A DNA stretch of 64,000 bases, taken from positions 448,001 to 512,000 of the forward strand of contig CAVXLD010000001.1 in assembly GCA_963762565.1 (NCBI GenBank), written 5' to 3'. This stretch comes from an uncultured Verrucomicrobiae bacterium (GTDB taxonomy: Bacteria > Verrucomicrobiota > Verrucomicrobiia > Chthoniobacterales > JAFAMB01). The translations under genes and the position numbers were made by a program. Under the pieces are notes generated by a model that was given only the letters and a program-made list of their open reading frames with translations, was not told the DNA's origin and did not search any database. Numbering within the stretch: position 1 is the stretch's first letter; each line of letters begins with the position of its first letter. Below, piece after piece: positions 29,515-39,828 of this stretch.

Positions 29515-30199
29515 TCGGCGTGTGGGAGTGTCGGCGTATCGGCGTGGTTAAGGCCACAAGACGGTCGTTCTCGTCCTCGTCGTCGTTCTTCCGACTTCGC
29601 AAACGTCCTGGTTGTGGAGTGCGCCTCGGTTGCGAGGGCCGACCTCGAGCGGTTGGCAACATAGAACGTGGGCTTCGTCGGACAAGCTGTCCTCGAAAGC
29701 GGTTATTGGTTCCAGCGCCCGGTTTTGCTCCAACGCACCGGAGGGGAGCCGCCTTGCAGAATGGCTAGCCCTATGAGATGGCAACAAGCGGCTCCCGGGA
29801 AGAGCCCAGCGTATTCCATTACCGCTCGGCCTTTCGGAAATGGGGCTTGCAGAGCTGATAGAACAAACGCATCAGGGACCGTTCCCGAGAGCCGCCTGTC
29901 TACCCCGAATGCTTTCGGTGGCTAGCAACCGATAGAGCTTGCAGGCCTACAAAGCGGCTCCCCTCCAGGCTGCAGAGCAATTCGAAGCGCTGGGCAAGAA
30001 GACGTTTTTCGAGAACAGCTTGTCCGACGAAGCCCACGTTCTATGTTGCCAACCGCTCGAGGTCGGCCCTCGCAACCGAGGCGCACTCCACAACCAGGAC
30101 GTTTGCGAAGTCGGAAGAACGACGACGAGAACGAGAACGACCGATTCGCGAACCTGACCCACGCCGATACGCCGAAACACCGGCACACCCACACGCCGT
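29515..30199. repeat. Large nested palindromic cassette
   Basis: 137-bp IR 29562-29698/30007-30143 enclosing a 227-bp element; outer CGGCGT tandem arms. Confidence 0.92.
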
Positions 30200-30441
30200 C
30201 AGCCTCCCTGCACAGGAGGCATCAGCGAAATCATGTCCCCAGTCTTTAGTACATAATCCCGCGCCACATACTCAATACCCGCGGCAATCAGCAGACAGTG
30301 GTCCCATTGCTTGAGGCCCGGCAGAAGGCCGTAGAGCTTCTCCAGCAACCCGGCAACGGTAGTACCGGGATCCAGGTCCAATTCTTCGGGGCCTTTCAGG
30401 TCACGCAGTTGAGAGAAATATTGCAAATGAATCGAGATCAT
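30199..30441 (-). CDS. MoaD/ThiS sulfur carrier
   Basis: Small beta-grasp protein ending PPVQGG. Confidence 0.9.
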   Translation of the reverse strand: MISIHLQYFSQLRDLKGPEELDLDPGTTVAGLLEKLYGLLPGLKQWDHCLLIAAGIEYVARDYVLKTGDMISLMPPVQGG

Positions 30442-30968
30442 GGGTGTCGCAGAACTCCGATTAGAGGCAAATTCCGGTACCGTTCCTGATAATCCAATCC
30501 GTATCCGACGACGAATTCATCCTCAATATCGAACCCCACGTAATCCGCTTCGATCGGACGTGCCCGTTTTTTAATTTTTCGCAGCAGTACACAGCTCTTG
30601 ACGCTTAATGGACGGACATCCTGTCGGACGGCGCCGACGATGGCCGCCAAGGTATGGCCGCTGTCCAGGATGTCATCGAGAAGAAGCACGTGACGATCGC
30701 TCAGATTAGGTAAAGCAGCTCGATCAAAATCCACCTTACCAGAGGACTCCATTTTGTCGTAATAACTCCGCACCCGGAGACAATCGATCTGGAGCGGCAA
30801 CGGGACTCTGCGGAGTAAATCCGCCATAAAGATCAGGCTCCCGTTTAGAATGGCCAGGACGGTTAGATCCTTTCCTTCGTAGTCCGCAGTAATCTGGGCG
30901 GCCAGCGTATCAAGCCGCCTCGCGATTTCGTCTTCACGAAAAAGGACTCGATCCAGGTCAGAATGCAT
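30438..30968 (-). CDS. hpt: Hypoxanthine phosphoribosyltransferase
   Basis: LLDDILDSG.TL, FVVGYGLDY, YRNLP. Confidence 0.95.
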   Translation of the reverse strand: MHSDLDRVLFREDEIARRLDTLAAQITADYEGKDLTVLAILNGSLIFMADLLRRVPLPLQIDCLRVRSYYDKMESSGKVDFDRAALPNLSDRHVLLLDDILDSGHTLAAIVGAVRQDVRPLSVKSCVLLRKIKKRARPIEADYVGFDIEDEFVVGYGLDYQERYRNLPLIGVLRHP

Positions 30969-31039
30969 CGGAAAGCCTAGCCTTAGCCTGGATCAGCCAC
31001 AAATCGGTATGGCGAAAAACTCGGCGCGCCCCTGATCTA

Positions 31040-31376
31040 TCGTTCTCGTCCTCGTCCTCGAAAACCTTTGGGTTCCAGCGTCCGGGTTTGGTCTGCCGCG
31101 CCGGAGGGGAGCCGCTTTGCAGGATGGCAAGCTCTATGAGATGGCAGCAAGCGGCTCCCGGGAAAGACCCAGCGTATTCCATACCGCTCGGCCTCTCGGA
31201 GATTTGGCTTGCAGAGGTGATAGAACAAACGCATCAGGGACCGTTCCCAGGAGCCGCCTGCTAGCAACCGATAGAGCTTTCAGGCCGATAAAGCGGCTCC
31301 CCTCCGGCGCTGCAGACCAATGCCTTAGGCTGGGACCGAAACCGGAATCGAGGACGACGACGAGAACGAGAACGAG
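31040..31376. repeat. REP cassette with second copy of the GGAGGGGAGCCGC element
   Basis: 31103-31305 aligns along its length with 29740-29966. Confidence 0.88.
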
Positions 31377-31381
31377 GCCCT

Positions 31382-32005
31382 CTACGCCGCCACGGAAGGC
31401 AGATTCGCGGCCAACCGGCGACCATAACGCCGGATCGTTTTGATCAGGTGTGGCTTAGTTGTTTTGTCGGTGAAACGGATACCGTTGGTGGCTGCTAATC
31501 GACGTAACTCGCCAAAGGTTCGCTTAGCGATGGTGGTGGCGTACTCATCCTCCGACAAGCGGCCGAGCGCGTAGAATTCCTGCTGAAGTTGACCTTTCTC
31601 TTTCCCGGCCGGCGCAACATACGCCGCTTCAGCAAAGGCGTGCTTCAAGAACTTGGAAGCAGCGTCAGCCCGATCCTGTTCATGGACCGTTTCAACGAAC
31701 TCTCGTTTGGCCGCCACTAATTCTTCGGCCTTTAAACGTTTGCTGCAGGCCTCTCGCAAAGCCTTCCTTAGAAGCTCTAACGACAGATGTTTCTTCGCAG
31801 CGGGCGATCTTAGCAAAGTTTCTAAAAACAACTCGCCGGACTTCCGGCTGGCCAGAAACCCATCCAAAGTCGCGTCAAAGTGCTCGATATCGGTTGCCAG
31901 CTTTACCGCGGACTTGCCAATAACGTCACCTTCAAGCTTGTTCCCATGTTTTTGGAGCCTTTCGGCAACGTGAAGAAGCTTACCCGCTAGCTCCTGATAG
32001 TTCAT
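31382..32005 (-). CDS. Hypothetical helical protein coupled to ParA
   Basis: ATGA overlap with parA-like gene; 207 aa. Confidence 0.75.
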   Translation of the reverse strand: MNYQELAGKLLHVAERLQKHGNKLEGDVIGKSAVKLATDIEHFDATLDGFLASRKSGELFLETLLRSPAAKKHLSLELLRKALREACSKRLKAEELVAAKREFVETVHEQDRADAASKFLKHAFAEAAYVAPAGKEKGQLQQEFYALGRLSEDEYATTIAKRTFGELRRLAATNGIRFTDKTTKPHLIKTIRRYGRRLAANLPSVAA

Positions 32006-32898
32006 TTTCTATTCTGAAAGTGGGTTAGAAAGTTCTGGGTCAGATCGCTATAGTCCTGCGCCCCAATACACCCAGGCGCATACAATACCACTGGAAGATG
32101 CTCGCTGGTAGACTCCGCTACCCGGACACAATGGCGGATAAATGGCTGCAACAGACCCGCGCCCGACTCGAGAACGTGCCGATCTCTCAGTTGAGTCAGC
32201 ATGATTTCCAGCTCGTTAATCGCCAAACGAAAGACGTTCCCAGTCTGGCGATAGTGGCTGACCACTACGGCCCCCACATTGGGGTGCCGCCGTTCACCCG
32301 CAGAATCAGTGTATTTGCCCCGTAACTCTTCGATGTACTCAGCTAAAACCTGAAACCCGGCCATGGATAGATAGTCGGGCACATAAGGAACCACACAGCT
32401 ATCCGACAGAAAGATGGCGTTCTTAGTCGTAGTATAGAGATTCGGAGGACAGTCGAAAAAGACATAGTCATAGCGGTCGACATATTCTCTCAGCGCCCGA
32501 TCCAGGATCCGGTAGACCGCCGGCGGCCGGATCTCGTGGATCCGATCCTCGATCCGCAAAAGCTCTACCGAAGCCGGCAAAAGGTGCAATTGTGGCAGCT
32601 CAACAAAGCCTGTCCAAGTGGTCACCCCTTTTACAATGGACTCATCGAAATTGAATCGATCCTTTCCCTGAATGGCATCGTCAAAAATCTCAAATGTGGA
32701 GCGTCTGCCCTTCGCCACGTGTTCACGCCAAACCTCGGGCCGCATTAACCAAAGGCTAGAATTGGATTGCGGGTCCAAATCGACGATGAGGACTTTCTTT
32801 TCATGCAGCTTCGCGATCGTGGCCGCGATATTGACTGCACAGGCGGTTTTGCCGACTCCACCCTTAAAATTGATAAATGCGAGGACCTTTGCGCTCAT
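32002..32898 (-). CDS. ParA/Soj family ATPase
   Basis: KGGVGKT, DLDPQSN, DCPP. Confidence 0.92.
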   Translation of the reverse strand: MSAKVLAFINFKGGVGKTACAVNIAATIAKLHEKKVLIVDLDPQSNSSLWLMRPEVWREHVAKGRRSTFEIFDDAIQGKDRFNFDESIVKGVTTWTGFVELPQLHLLPASVELLRIEDRIHEIRPPAVYRILDRALREYVDRYDYVFFDCPPNLYTTTKNAIFLSDSCVVPYVPDYLSMAGFQVLAEYIEELRGKYTDSAGERRHPNVGAVVVSHYRQTGNVFRLAINELEIMLTQLRDRHVLESGAGLLQPFIRHCVRVAESTSEHLPVVLYAPGCIGAQDYSDLTQNFLTHFQNRK

Positions 32899-33059
32899 CG
32901 GCGTCGACTAATGAATATAACGCTCTTAAAACGTGCTCTGAATCAAGCCCTTTCTTTAACAAACAAGGCCTTTCACCCTCAGTTTGGCTCGTTTTTTGTC
33001 GCTTAGCACGTCAGAAAGCACTTCGCTCTCGTGCTTCCAATAAAGACGAGCCCAGCATC

Positions 33060-33178
33060 GGGAGGGATCGCGTCCCCGCGATCAGTGGTTCGGGGAGCCC
33101 ACGACAAACCCGATCCAGCGTCAGACTACATCCAAATTATAGACCTGGTTGCGGCGCGCGGGGACGCGCGCCCTCCCC
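33060..33178. repeat. GGAG-type REP doublet
   Basis: GGGAGGGATCGCGTCCCCGCGATC...GCGCGCGGGGACGCGCGCCCTCCC. Confidence 0.85.
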
Positions 33179-33261
33179 TTCGGCGCGCCCCGGCCGCCGA
33201 CGCGGGTTCGAGATGCTTACAAATTGCTTACAGAGCCGCTTTCTTCATGCTACTAGCCTGC

Positions 33262-33822
33262 ATGGATGGTTCTTATACGCGTCTCACTGAAGCTGATTAC
33301 GACAATAAACTGCGCGAAATGGGGAACTATCTTTGGGAGCTGGAACAAGACCTACTCACCGCTGACTCCCGTGAAGATGAGGCTAGTGCTCATCAAGCCT
33401 ACCAAAAGATCTCTAACCTAGCCGCAACGGCGGACCGGTACTTCGAGATACCAGGCACGCACCAGCTAGTGGCCGCGTACGTTTCAGGTCTCGGGCTGCG
33501 CATGATCGGCCAGTGGGCAGATGCCAGCGATCGGTTCCTTAACGTATTAAAGCTTTCTCCCACCAACGGTGAGGCTTGGTTGGAGCTTTCCTGGTGTTTG
33601 GCCGAAACCGAGCATTGGGAAGAATGCGAGATGGCCGCTCGCAGAGGAACTGAGTTTTTCCCAGAAACAGGCGCTGTCTGGGGGAATTTGGCTTTGGCTC
33701 TGGAAAAGCTAGGCCGCACCGGCGAAGCCCTCACCGCTGTACAAACCGCACTTCGCCTGGATCCAGAAGACATACGAAGCCGAGAGCTATTGGCTCGACT
33801 CGAGGCACAGGAGAAGATCTAG
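33262..33822 (+). CDS. Tetratricopeptide repeat protein
   Basis: TPR-like repeats (AWLELSWCL, VWGNLALALEKLGR..EA...ALRLDP). Confidence 0.85.
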   Translation: MDGSYTRLTEADYDNKLREMGNYLWELEQDLLTADSREDEASAHQAYQKISNLAATADRYFEIPGTHQLVAAYVSGLGLRMIGQWADASDRFLNVLKLSPTNGEAWLELSWCLAETEHWEECEMAARRGTEFFPETGAVWGNLALALEKLGRTGEALTAVQTALRLDPEDIRSRELLARLEAQEKI

Positions 33823-33851
33823 GGGTGTGTCGTGTGACCAGCCCCCGACAA

Positions 33852-33969
33852 GGGAGGGCGCGCGTCCCCGCGCGCCGTTAACAGGTCTGTAATATCGACA
33901 TAACCCAACGCTCGACCGGGTCTGTCCCGGGCTTCGATAACAACGGATCGCGAGGACGCGATCCCTCCC
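33852..33969. repeat. GGAG-type REP doublet (opposite orientation to 33060)
   Basis: GGGAGGGCGCGCGTCCCCGCGCGCC...GATCGCGAGGACGCGATCCCTCCC. Confidence 0.85.
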
Positions 33970-35261
33970 TACCCCCCGCACACGGCCTCCACAGCCTTCC
34001 AAACGGCCTCAATCCCAAACCGCACCTCGTCCACAGAAACACAAAGCGGCGGCATGAACACCACCACATCCTGGATCGGCCGAGTGAGCAACCCAAACTC
34101 TTTGGCAGCCAGACAAACCTTTGCCCCCATACGCTCCCGCCAATCGAATGATGTCCCATCGGCAGCCCCGAGCTCAATTCCGGCGATCATACCAACCTGC
34201 CGGACGTCCCGCACCCAGGAGAGCTTTCTTAACTCTTCCAACCCCTCCTTCAAGACCGGAATGACGCTGGCAACGCGCTCCAAAACCCTCTCTTCTCGAA
34301 ACACCTGGAGACTAGCGAGTGCAGCCGCACAACCCAAAGGGTTACCCGTATAACTGTGCCCATAAAAGAAGGCCCGCAGCTCTGAGAAATCGCCCAGAAA
34401 ACCGTTGTAGACAACCTCGGTTGTGAGTGTTGCTGCCAAGGGCAGGTAACCACCGGTCAACCCTTTCGCCAGAACCAGAAAATCCGGGACTACCCCTTCA
34501 TGCTCGCAGGCAAACATCCGGCCCGTTCTACCGAACCCGGTCATTACTTCATCGAAAATCAGAAATACCCCCCGCTCATCGCACCATTGGCGCAGGTGTC
34601 TCAGCATCCCGCTCGGCCAGGTCAGCATTCCAGCCGCCCCTTGAACGAGCGGCTCGATGATGATAGCCGCGAGAGTGCTGGTGTCTGCTCGATCGAGCTC
34701 TTCCAGATCGCTAACCCGGACAACCGGAAACTGATAGGCCGCGAATTTGTCATGAAAATTCGCGATGCCGCCCAGACTAGAAGCTCCCAATGTATCTCCG
34801 TGGTAAGCGTCGGAAAAGGCGGCAAACCTAGCCTTTTCCGGACGACCGGTCTGCCTGAAGTATTGGATTGTCATCTTGATAGCCACCTCGATTCCGGTAG
34901 AGCCATCATCGGAATAAAAGACACGAGTAAGCCCGCTATCCGGGAGCAGGTCTACCAGCTCTTTCGCTAGGCGCACGGCCGGCAAATGCGTGAGTCCGAG
35001 GAACGAGCTATGGGCAATTCGGGACAGTTGCTCGGTAATCGCACCGTTAATCCGCGGGTGATTATGACCGTGAATGTTGGTCCAAATGGAAGAATTGCCG
35101 TCCAGATACCGCTTGCCCGCGGAATCCAAAAGCCAAGGTCCCTCCCCGGAGACGATAAACAGCGGGTCATGGCCGGGAACAGTCCATTCCCGCATTTGGG
35201 TAAAAGGATGCCAGACATGCCGTTTCTCCCACTCCGCGGCTTGCTCGAAATCAGGTGTCAT
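33969..35261 (-). CDS. bioA: Adenosylmethionine-8-amino-7-oxononanoate transaminase
   Basis: WHPFTQM, YHGDT, DEVMTGFGRTG, AKGLTGGYLPL, GHSYTGNPL. Confidence 0.95.
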   Translation of the reverse strand: MTPDFEQAAEWEKRHVWHPFTQMREWTVPGHDPLFIVSGEGPWLLDSAGKRYLDGNSSIWTNIHGHNHPRINGAITEQLSRIAHSSFLGLTHLPAVRLAKELVDLLPDSGLTRVFYSDDGSTGIEVAIKMTIQYFRQTGRPEKARFAAFSDAYHGDTLGASSLGGIANFHDKFAAYQFPVVRVSDLEELDRADTSTLAAIIIEPLVQGAAGMLTWPSGMLRHLRQWCDERGVFLIFDEVMTGFGRTGRMFACEHEGVVPDFLVLAKGLTGGYLPLAATLTTEVVYNGFLGDFSELRAFFYGHSYTGNPLGCAAALASLQVFREERVLERVASVIPVLKEGLEELRKLSWVRDVRQVGMIAGIELGAADGTSFDWRERMGAKVCLAAKEFGLLTRPIQDVVVFMPPLCVSVDEVRFGIEAVWKAVEAVCGG

Positions 35262-35274
35262 TCATTTAAAGCTT

Positions 35275-35397
35275 AACCGCGAATGGACACGAATGAACGC
35301 GAAGACAACAGATTAAGACCAACCGCAGATTAACCCTCGATCTGTGTTCATCTGCGGTTCGCCTTTCTTCGATTCAGTTCGTGTCCATTCGCGGTTG
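35275..35397. repeat. Nested IR cassette (same two families as 1046-1259, nesting order reversed)
   Basis: AACCGCGAATGGACACGAA/TTCGTGTCCATTCGCGGTT outside, AACCGCAGAT/ATCTGCGGTT inside. Confidence 0.88.
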
Positions 35398-35415
35398 TTT
35401 TGGAGTTTTTCTCGC

Positions 35416-35676
35416 TCACCCCCGGTTCCGAAGACGTGTCAGCTCACGTTCCGCCCAGAGAACGTCCTCGTGGGAAGCGCGCCGGCGCTGGTATTTTCTC
35501 TGGAGCACGGAATGAAACTGCTCCAGGTCAGGGATAGGGGGTTCTTCGTAATAGGTCCAGTTTACGTCCTCGGAACCCTTGGCTTGGAAACGCCAGGTTC
35601 CACCAGACTTGACCACCCGGACTTCTCGTTTGGTCCCATCTTCGTTCCTCTCTACCCAGGCATGGCGATTATGCAT
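35416..35676 (-). CDS. Small hypothetical protein
   Basis: 86-aa ORF with protein-like composition, divergent from the CPBP operon. Confidence 0.65.
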   Translation of the reverse strand: MHNRHAWVERNEDGTKREVRVVKSGGTWRFQAKGSEDVNWTYYEEPPIPDLEQFHSVLQRKYQRRRASHEDVLWAERELTRLRNRG

Positions 35677-35718
35677 TCGTTATAACTTTAGTTTGCGTGA
35701 CTTGGCAGTCCACGCTAT

Positions 35719-36630
35719 TTGCTCGTTCCCTTGGCTACCGGAAGGAAGATTTTGGTTTTTCTCTTCGGCACCTTAATCCTTGGTGCCGCCCTGGCCCCGA
35801 TACTTTTCTGGTGCAGCCAGCCGTTGTCCGAGATACCAGGGCTAGGGTTCCTGAAAGACACCGATTTTTCCCGGTTTTTTGCCCGAGCCATCCTGCTAGC
35901 CGCCGTCCTGCTGGCGTTTCCGGTGACCCGATGGATCGGGATAGCTCAATTCCGTGACCTGAAGATAGCCTGGGCGTGGCCCAGGAGCTGGCAATTACCA
36001 TCGGGATTTCTAGTGGCAGGGATCGTTATCGCTCTGTGGGGCTGGTTCGCCATGAAGGTCGGCCTGGCAGAATTCAAGCTCCGGCCGCCCTGGAATCTAA
36101 TCCCCCAACTTTTGTTGACGTCGATTAGCGTGGCGGTGATCGAGGAATTTTTATTCCGGGGCGTTATCTTCGGCCTGCTCCGCCAGGCGAGGCCCACTTG
36201 GCTGGCGGCCGTCTTCGTTTCTGCCATCTTTTCGATCATCCACCCGCTAAGGCCAGGATCGACCGGCACGGCGCTTATAACCTGGCATTCAGGGTTCGAT
36301 CTGCTGTTTCAAGCAATTCAGCATTTGAGCGAGCCGCTCGACCTGATTGGCGGCTTCCTGACCATTTTTGTCCTCGGGCTAGTGCTAGCGCAGGCCACCG
36401 TAAAAACTGGTGCTCTTTGGCTACCCATCGGGCTGCATGCCGGAGTGGTATTCGCCAAGATGAGCTTTAATAAGCTCACTCACCACTTAGCCGATCTCCA
36501 GCCCTGGTTCGGACCGGACCTGGTCACTGGCTTTGGCGCGATTGCGATCCTCCTTTTGCTCTGGTTGGTGGTTTGGCTACTGTTCCCTCGTGCGAGCAGC
36601 TCTCAACACAGTTTATCAAACGGTGGTTAA
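35719..36630 (+). CDS. CPBP family intramembrane glutamic endopeptidase (start uncertain)
   Basis: EEFLFRG, F..IH, GLHAG motifs. Confidence 0.9.
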   Translation: MLVPLATGRKILVFLFGTLILGAALAPILFWCSQPLSEIPGLGFLKDTDFSRFFARAILLAAVLLAFPVTRWIGIAQFRDLKIAWAWPRSWQLPSGFLVAGIVIALWGWFAMKVGLAEFKLRPPWNLIPQLLLTSISVAVIEEFLFRGVIFGLLRQARPTWLAAVFVSAIFSIIHPLRPGSTGTALITWHSGFDLLFQAIQHLSEPLDLIGGFLTIFVLGLVLAQATVKTGALWLPIGLHAGVVFAKMSFNKLTHHLADLQPWFGPDLVTGFGAIAILLLLWLVVWLLFPRASSSQHSLSNGG

Positions 36631-37312
36631 CCTGTGTTATCCACCGTTTTGCATTTCCTGCCGCACAAGTTTGGAGCAGGGCTTGCTTTGCCGGGATTGC
36701 CTGGAATCGGCTGTAAGAATCAAAGCGCCTTTTTGCCAAATTTGTTCCCGGCCTTATACCGGCGAGTTCGGTGCCCCTTTCTCCTGTCCGGATTGCGAGG
36801 ATCATCCACCCGGGTTTGATTGCGTTGCGACTCGATATCAGGCGACTGGGATCGTGCGAGACTTGATTCATCGATTTAAATACTCAGGCGAATTTCACCT
36901 GCGAAACCTCTTGGTTAATTGGTTAGAGGAGGCGTTGAGCGATCCCAGGATCAGCCAGGAGCCTTTTGATGGCTTCGTTCCTGTTCCCCTGCATCCCACC
37001 AGAATCAGGGAACGCGGTTACGACCAGATCGCGGCCCTGGTCGAGTTATTAGGCAAACGGAGCCGGAAACCAGTGTGGCTGTGTCTTCGCCGGGCGCGCT
37101 ATACCGAATCGCAAACGCGGTTCTCCCGGAAACAACGGCTCCAAAACTTGCAGAATGCATTCGATTTGCGCAAAGATACCAGCGTGCTTGGCAAACGCCT
37201 GCTCTTAGTCGACGATGTTTTAACCACGGGATCGACGTTGGACGAATGTGCCCGAGTCCTGAAAGGACACGGCGCTACATCGGTCCGCGCCGTCACCGTT
37301 GCCCGCAGATAG
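36590..37312 (+). CDS. ComF family protein
   Basis: N-terminal Cys pairs, VPLH..R..ERGY.Q, VDDVLTTGST. Confidence 0.92.
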   Translation: MRAALNTVYQTVVNLCYPPFCISCRTSLEQGLLCRDCLESAVRIKAPFCQICSRPYTGEFGAPFSCPDCEDHPPGFDCVATRYQATGIVRDLIHRFKYSGEFHLRNLLVNWLEEALSDPRISQEPFDGFVPVPLHPTRIRERGYDQIAALVELLGKRSRKPVWLCLRRARYTESQTRFSRKQRLQNLQNAFDLRKDTSVLGKRLLLVDDVLTTGSTLDECARVLKGHGATSVRAVTVARR

Positions 37313-37316
37313 ACGT

Positions 37317-38159
37317 ATGCCGATCTTTCAGAAACCGACTCTCAAGCAAGGAACCAATCGAAAGCGCGAAATGCCGGAAGGTCTTTGGCAAAAATGCCCC
37401 GAGTGCGGTGAGGTAATCCACAACCTGGAGTTATCGCAGAATCTTAAGGTCTGCCCTAAATGCGACTATCACTTTACTTTCTCCGCCGGGGAAAGGATCA
37501 AGAACCTGATCGATGAAGGGACGTTCGAGGAATTTGACCAGAACCTCCTTTCTGTGGACGTCCTGAAGTTCACCGGGGTCGCCAGCTACTCCGAGCGGTT
37601 GCAAACCTATCGCGAAAAGACTGGTCTGTCTGACGCAGTCGTTACCGGGTTTGGGCGTCTAGGGGGCCATGATATCGGTTTGGCGGTGATGGATTTCAAT
37701 TTTTTGGCGGCTACCATGGGCTCGGCCGTCGGCGAGAAAATCACTCGTTTGGTGGAAAAATGCACCAAGGCAGGCAGACCGATGATCGTGGTCACCGCTT
37801 CCGGCGGAGCACGCGTCTATGAAGGGATGTTAAGCTTGATGCAGATGGCTAAAACCAGCGCCGCCTTGGCACGTCACGCCCAACTCCGCTTCCCCTATTT
37901 TGTTGTTTTAACTAATCCGACCACCGCTGGAGTAATGGCAAGCTTCGCTTCATTAGGGGACATCATCCTGGCTGAGCCAAAATGCATGATTGGGTTCGCC
38001 GGACCACGGGTAATTCGCGAGACAACCCATCAAGATTTGCCGCCAGGGTTTCAAACGGCGGAATTTCTGCAGCGCCACGGCTTCATTGATCTGATTGTTC
38101 GCCGGCCCGACCTCCTAACAACTCTTACACGACTGGTCAGTCACCTCTCACCTCGCTGA
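37317..38159 (+). CDS. accD: Acetyl-CoA carboxylase carboxyltransferase beta
   Basis: W.KCP.C zinc finger, GEKITR, SGGAR..EG..SLMQMAKTS, FAGPRVI. Confidence 0.97.
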   Translation: MPIFQKPTLKQGTNRKREMPEGLWQKCPECGEVIHNLELSQNLKVCPKCDYHFTFSAGERIKNLIDEGTFEEFDQNLLSVDVLKFTGVASYSERLQTYREKTGLSDAVVTGFGRLGGHDIGLAVMDFNFLAATMGSAVGEKITRLVEKCTKAGRPMIVVTASGGARVYEGMLSLMQMAKTSAALARHAQLRFPYFVVLTNPTTAGVMASFASLGDIILAEPKCMIGFAGPRVIRETTHQDLPPGFQTAEFLQRHGFIDLIVRRPDLLTTLTRLVSHLSPR

Positions 38160-38166
38160 GGCTGCC

Positions 38167-39378
38167 GTGCAGGAGTCGTACACAGAGGCCCTTCGTTGGC
38201 TTTACAGTACCCAAGCAGCCGGGATTAAACTCGGCCTTGAGAATGTTCGCCGCCTCTTGGATGCGTTAGGTAACCCGCATCGGCAACTCGCCTGTATTCA
38301 CGTTGCCGGCACCAACGGGAAAGGGTCCGTCTCTGCCATGCTCGATGCCGTAGCACGGGCTGCCGGGCTGCGAACCGGGCTTTTCACGTCCCCGCACTTG
38401 GTGCGATTCAATGAGCGTATCCAGGTTTCGGGCCAACCGATTACCGACGATGAAGTGCTGGCTGGACTCAGTCTGATTCGGGAAGCAATCGCGAAATCCG
38501 GATGCATCCCTACCTTCTTTGAGATCACCACGGCATTGGGGTTTCAGCATCTTTCAACCCGGCGAGTTGATCTCGCGATCATGGAAACCGGTTTAGGCGG
38601 AAGATTGGACGCCACCAATCTGATCACACCGCTCGTGTCGGTTCTCACTTCGATCGACTTGGATCACCAGAAAATTTTAGGCGATTCGAAAGCAAAGATT
38701 GCCCGCGAAAAAGCCGGTATCATTAAACCGGGCGTACCTGTGGTGTCCATCGCTCAGACCGCGGACGTTCGGGAGGTGATCGACGAGGTGGCAGCAGGTC
38801 TAGGCGCACCGGTCATTTACATCACAGAACCGATCACGGATCTTCAAATTGGCTTGGCCGGCTCTCATCAACGACTGAACGCAGCAGTGGTGCGAGAGAC
38901 GTTCGCAGTCGCCAAGCTTGGTATCTCTGCGGAAGCATTAAAGACTGGCCTCAAATCTGTATTCTGGCCCGGCCGTTTTCAGGCCCTCGGCGATCGGCTC
39001 ACGATCGACGGCGCTCATAACCTGGCTGCCAGCGAACGCCTGGTCCAAACCTGGACCGAATGTCATCCTAAGACCTCGCCGACGATCGTGTTTGGTGGTT
39101 TAAACGACAAAGATCTCAACCATATGGTCGCCGCACTGGCGCCGATCGCCGCCCGATTTTTTCTCGTTCCGGTGAAGAACTCGCGCAGTGAGGACCCGGC
39201 AAATATTAAGCTCCCGAGCGGCATTCCCCACACCGTCTTCGCCGGGGTACAGGAAGCAGTGGAAGCCGCTTACAAACTGCCGGAGCCGATCCTGGTAACC
39301 GGATCGCTTTTTCTCGCCGGCGAAGTTTTAGCGTGGCTACAGCCAGGATTCGGCAAGTATGAAACCAGCACCCAGTAG
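38167..39378 (+). CDS. folC: Folylpolyglutamate synthase/dihydrofolate synthase
   Basis: HVAGTNGKGS, TSPHL, ETGLGGRLDATN, DGAHN. Confidence 0.96.
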   Translation: MQESYTEALRWLYSTQAAGIKLGLENVRRLLDALGNPHRQLACIHVAGTNGKGSVSAMLDAVARAAGLRTGLFTSPHLVRFNERIQVSGQPITDDEVLAGLSLIREAIAKSGCIPTFFEITTALGFQHLSTRRVDLAIMETGLGGRLDATNLITPLVSVLTSIDLDHQKILGDSKAKIAREKAGIIKPGVPVVSIAQTADVREVIDEVAAGLGAPVIYITEPITDLQIGLAGSHQRLNAAVVRETFAVAKLGISAEALKTGLKSVFWPGRFQALGDRLTIDGAHNLAASERLVQTWTECHPKTSPTIVFGGLNDKDLNHMVAALAPIAARFFLVPVKNSRSEDPANIKLPSGIPHTVFAGVQEAVEAAYKLPEPILVTGSLFLAGEVLAWLQPGFGKYETSTQ

Positions 39379-39417
39379 CCGGTTGATAACATAAGAAATT
39401 ATTGTTATTGTCTTACG

Positions 39418-39759
39418 GTGTCCTTCTCATCCCTGATCTCACGTCCCGAGGACCAGACCTACACGGTCCATCCAGGCAGTGCGGCCGCCACCTCTTGCAC
39501 CTTCGAACTGCTTGCTCCCGTCCGGAGCAAAACCATCCCCTACGCTTACCTCCAGATGATCGATGTCACGGACGACCACACCATCTGCCTGCGTTATGCC
39601 TTCGCAGACGTCGAACTGCTCACAAACCGGACCTTTACCGCCAAACGCCAGTTCCTGGATGACCTAGCCAATTTCCGAGTCTCCACCGTCCGCGAAACCA
39701 ACCAGCTGAAAATCCGGATCCGCCTGGAACCCGAGAGCGAAAAGACGGAACTATTTTAG
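39418..39759 (+). CDS. Hypothetical protein
   Basis: 113-aa ORF after folC. Confidence 0.6.
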   Translation: MSFSSLISRPEDQTYTVHPGSAAATSCTFELLAPVRSKTIPYAYLQMIDVTDDHTICLRYAFADVELLTNRTFTAKRQFLDDLANFRVSTVRETNQLKIRIRLEPESEKTELF

Positions 39760-39828
39760 GAGGAGCCGAGCAGGACCACTAAGTCCACTGCGTCCACTAG
39801 CTCAGCGGCTCTCCACGGACGCCTCACC

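Noticed and set aside
29414..30249. Many overlapping 60-110 aa ORFs with shared peptides (CCQPLEVG, TTTRTRT)
   Set aside because: Translations of the repeat cassettes, recurring wherever the repeat occurs
33031..33261. N-terminal extension of the TPR ORF
   Set aside because: Derived from a REP doublet; downstream ATG is available
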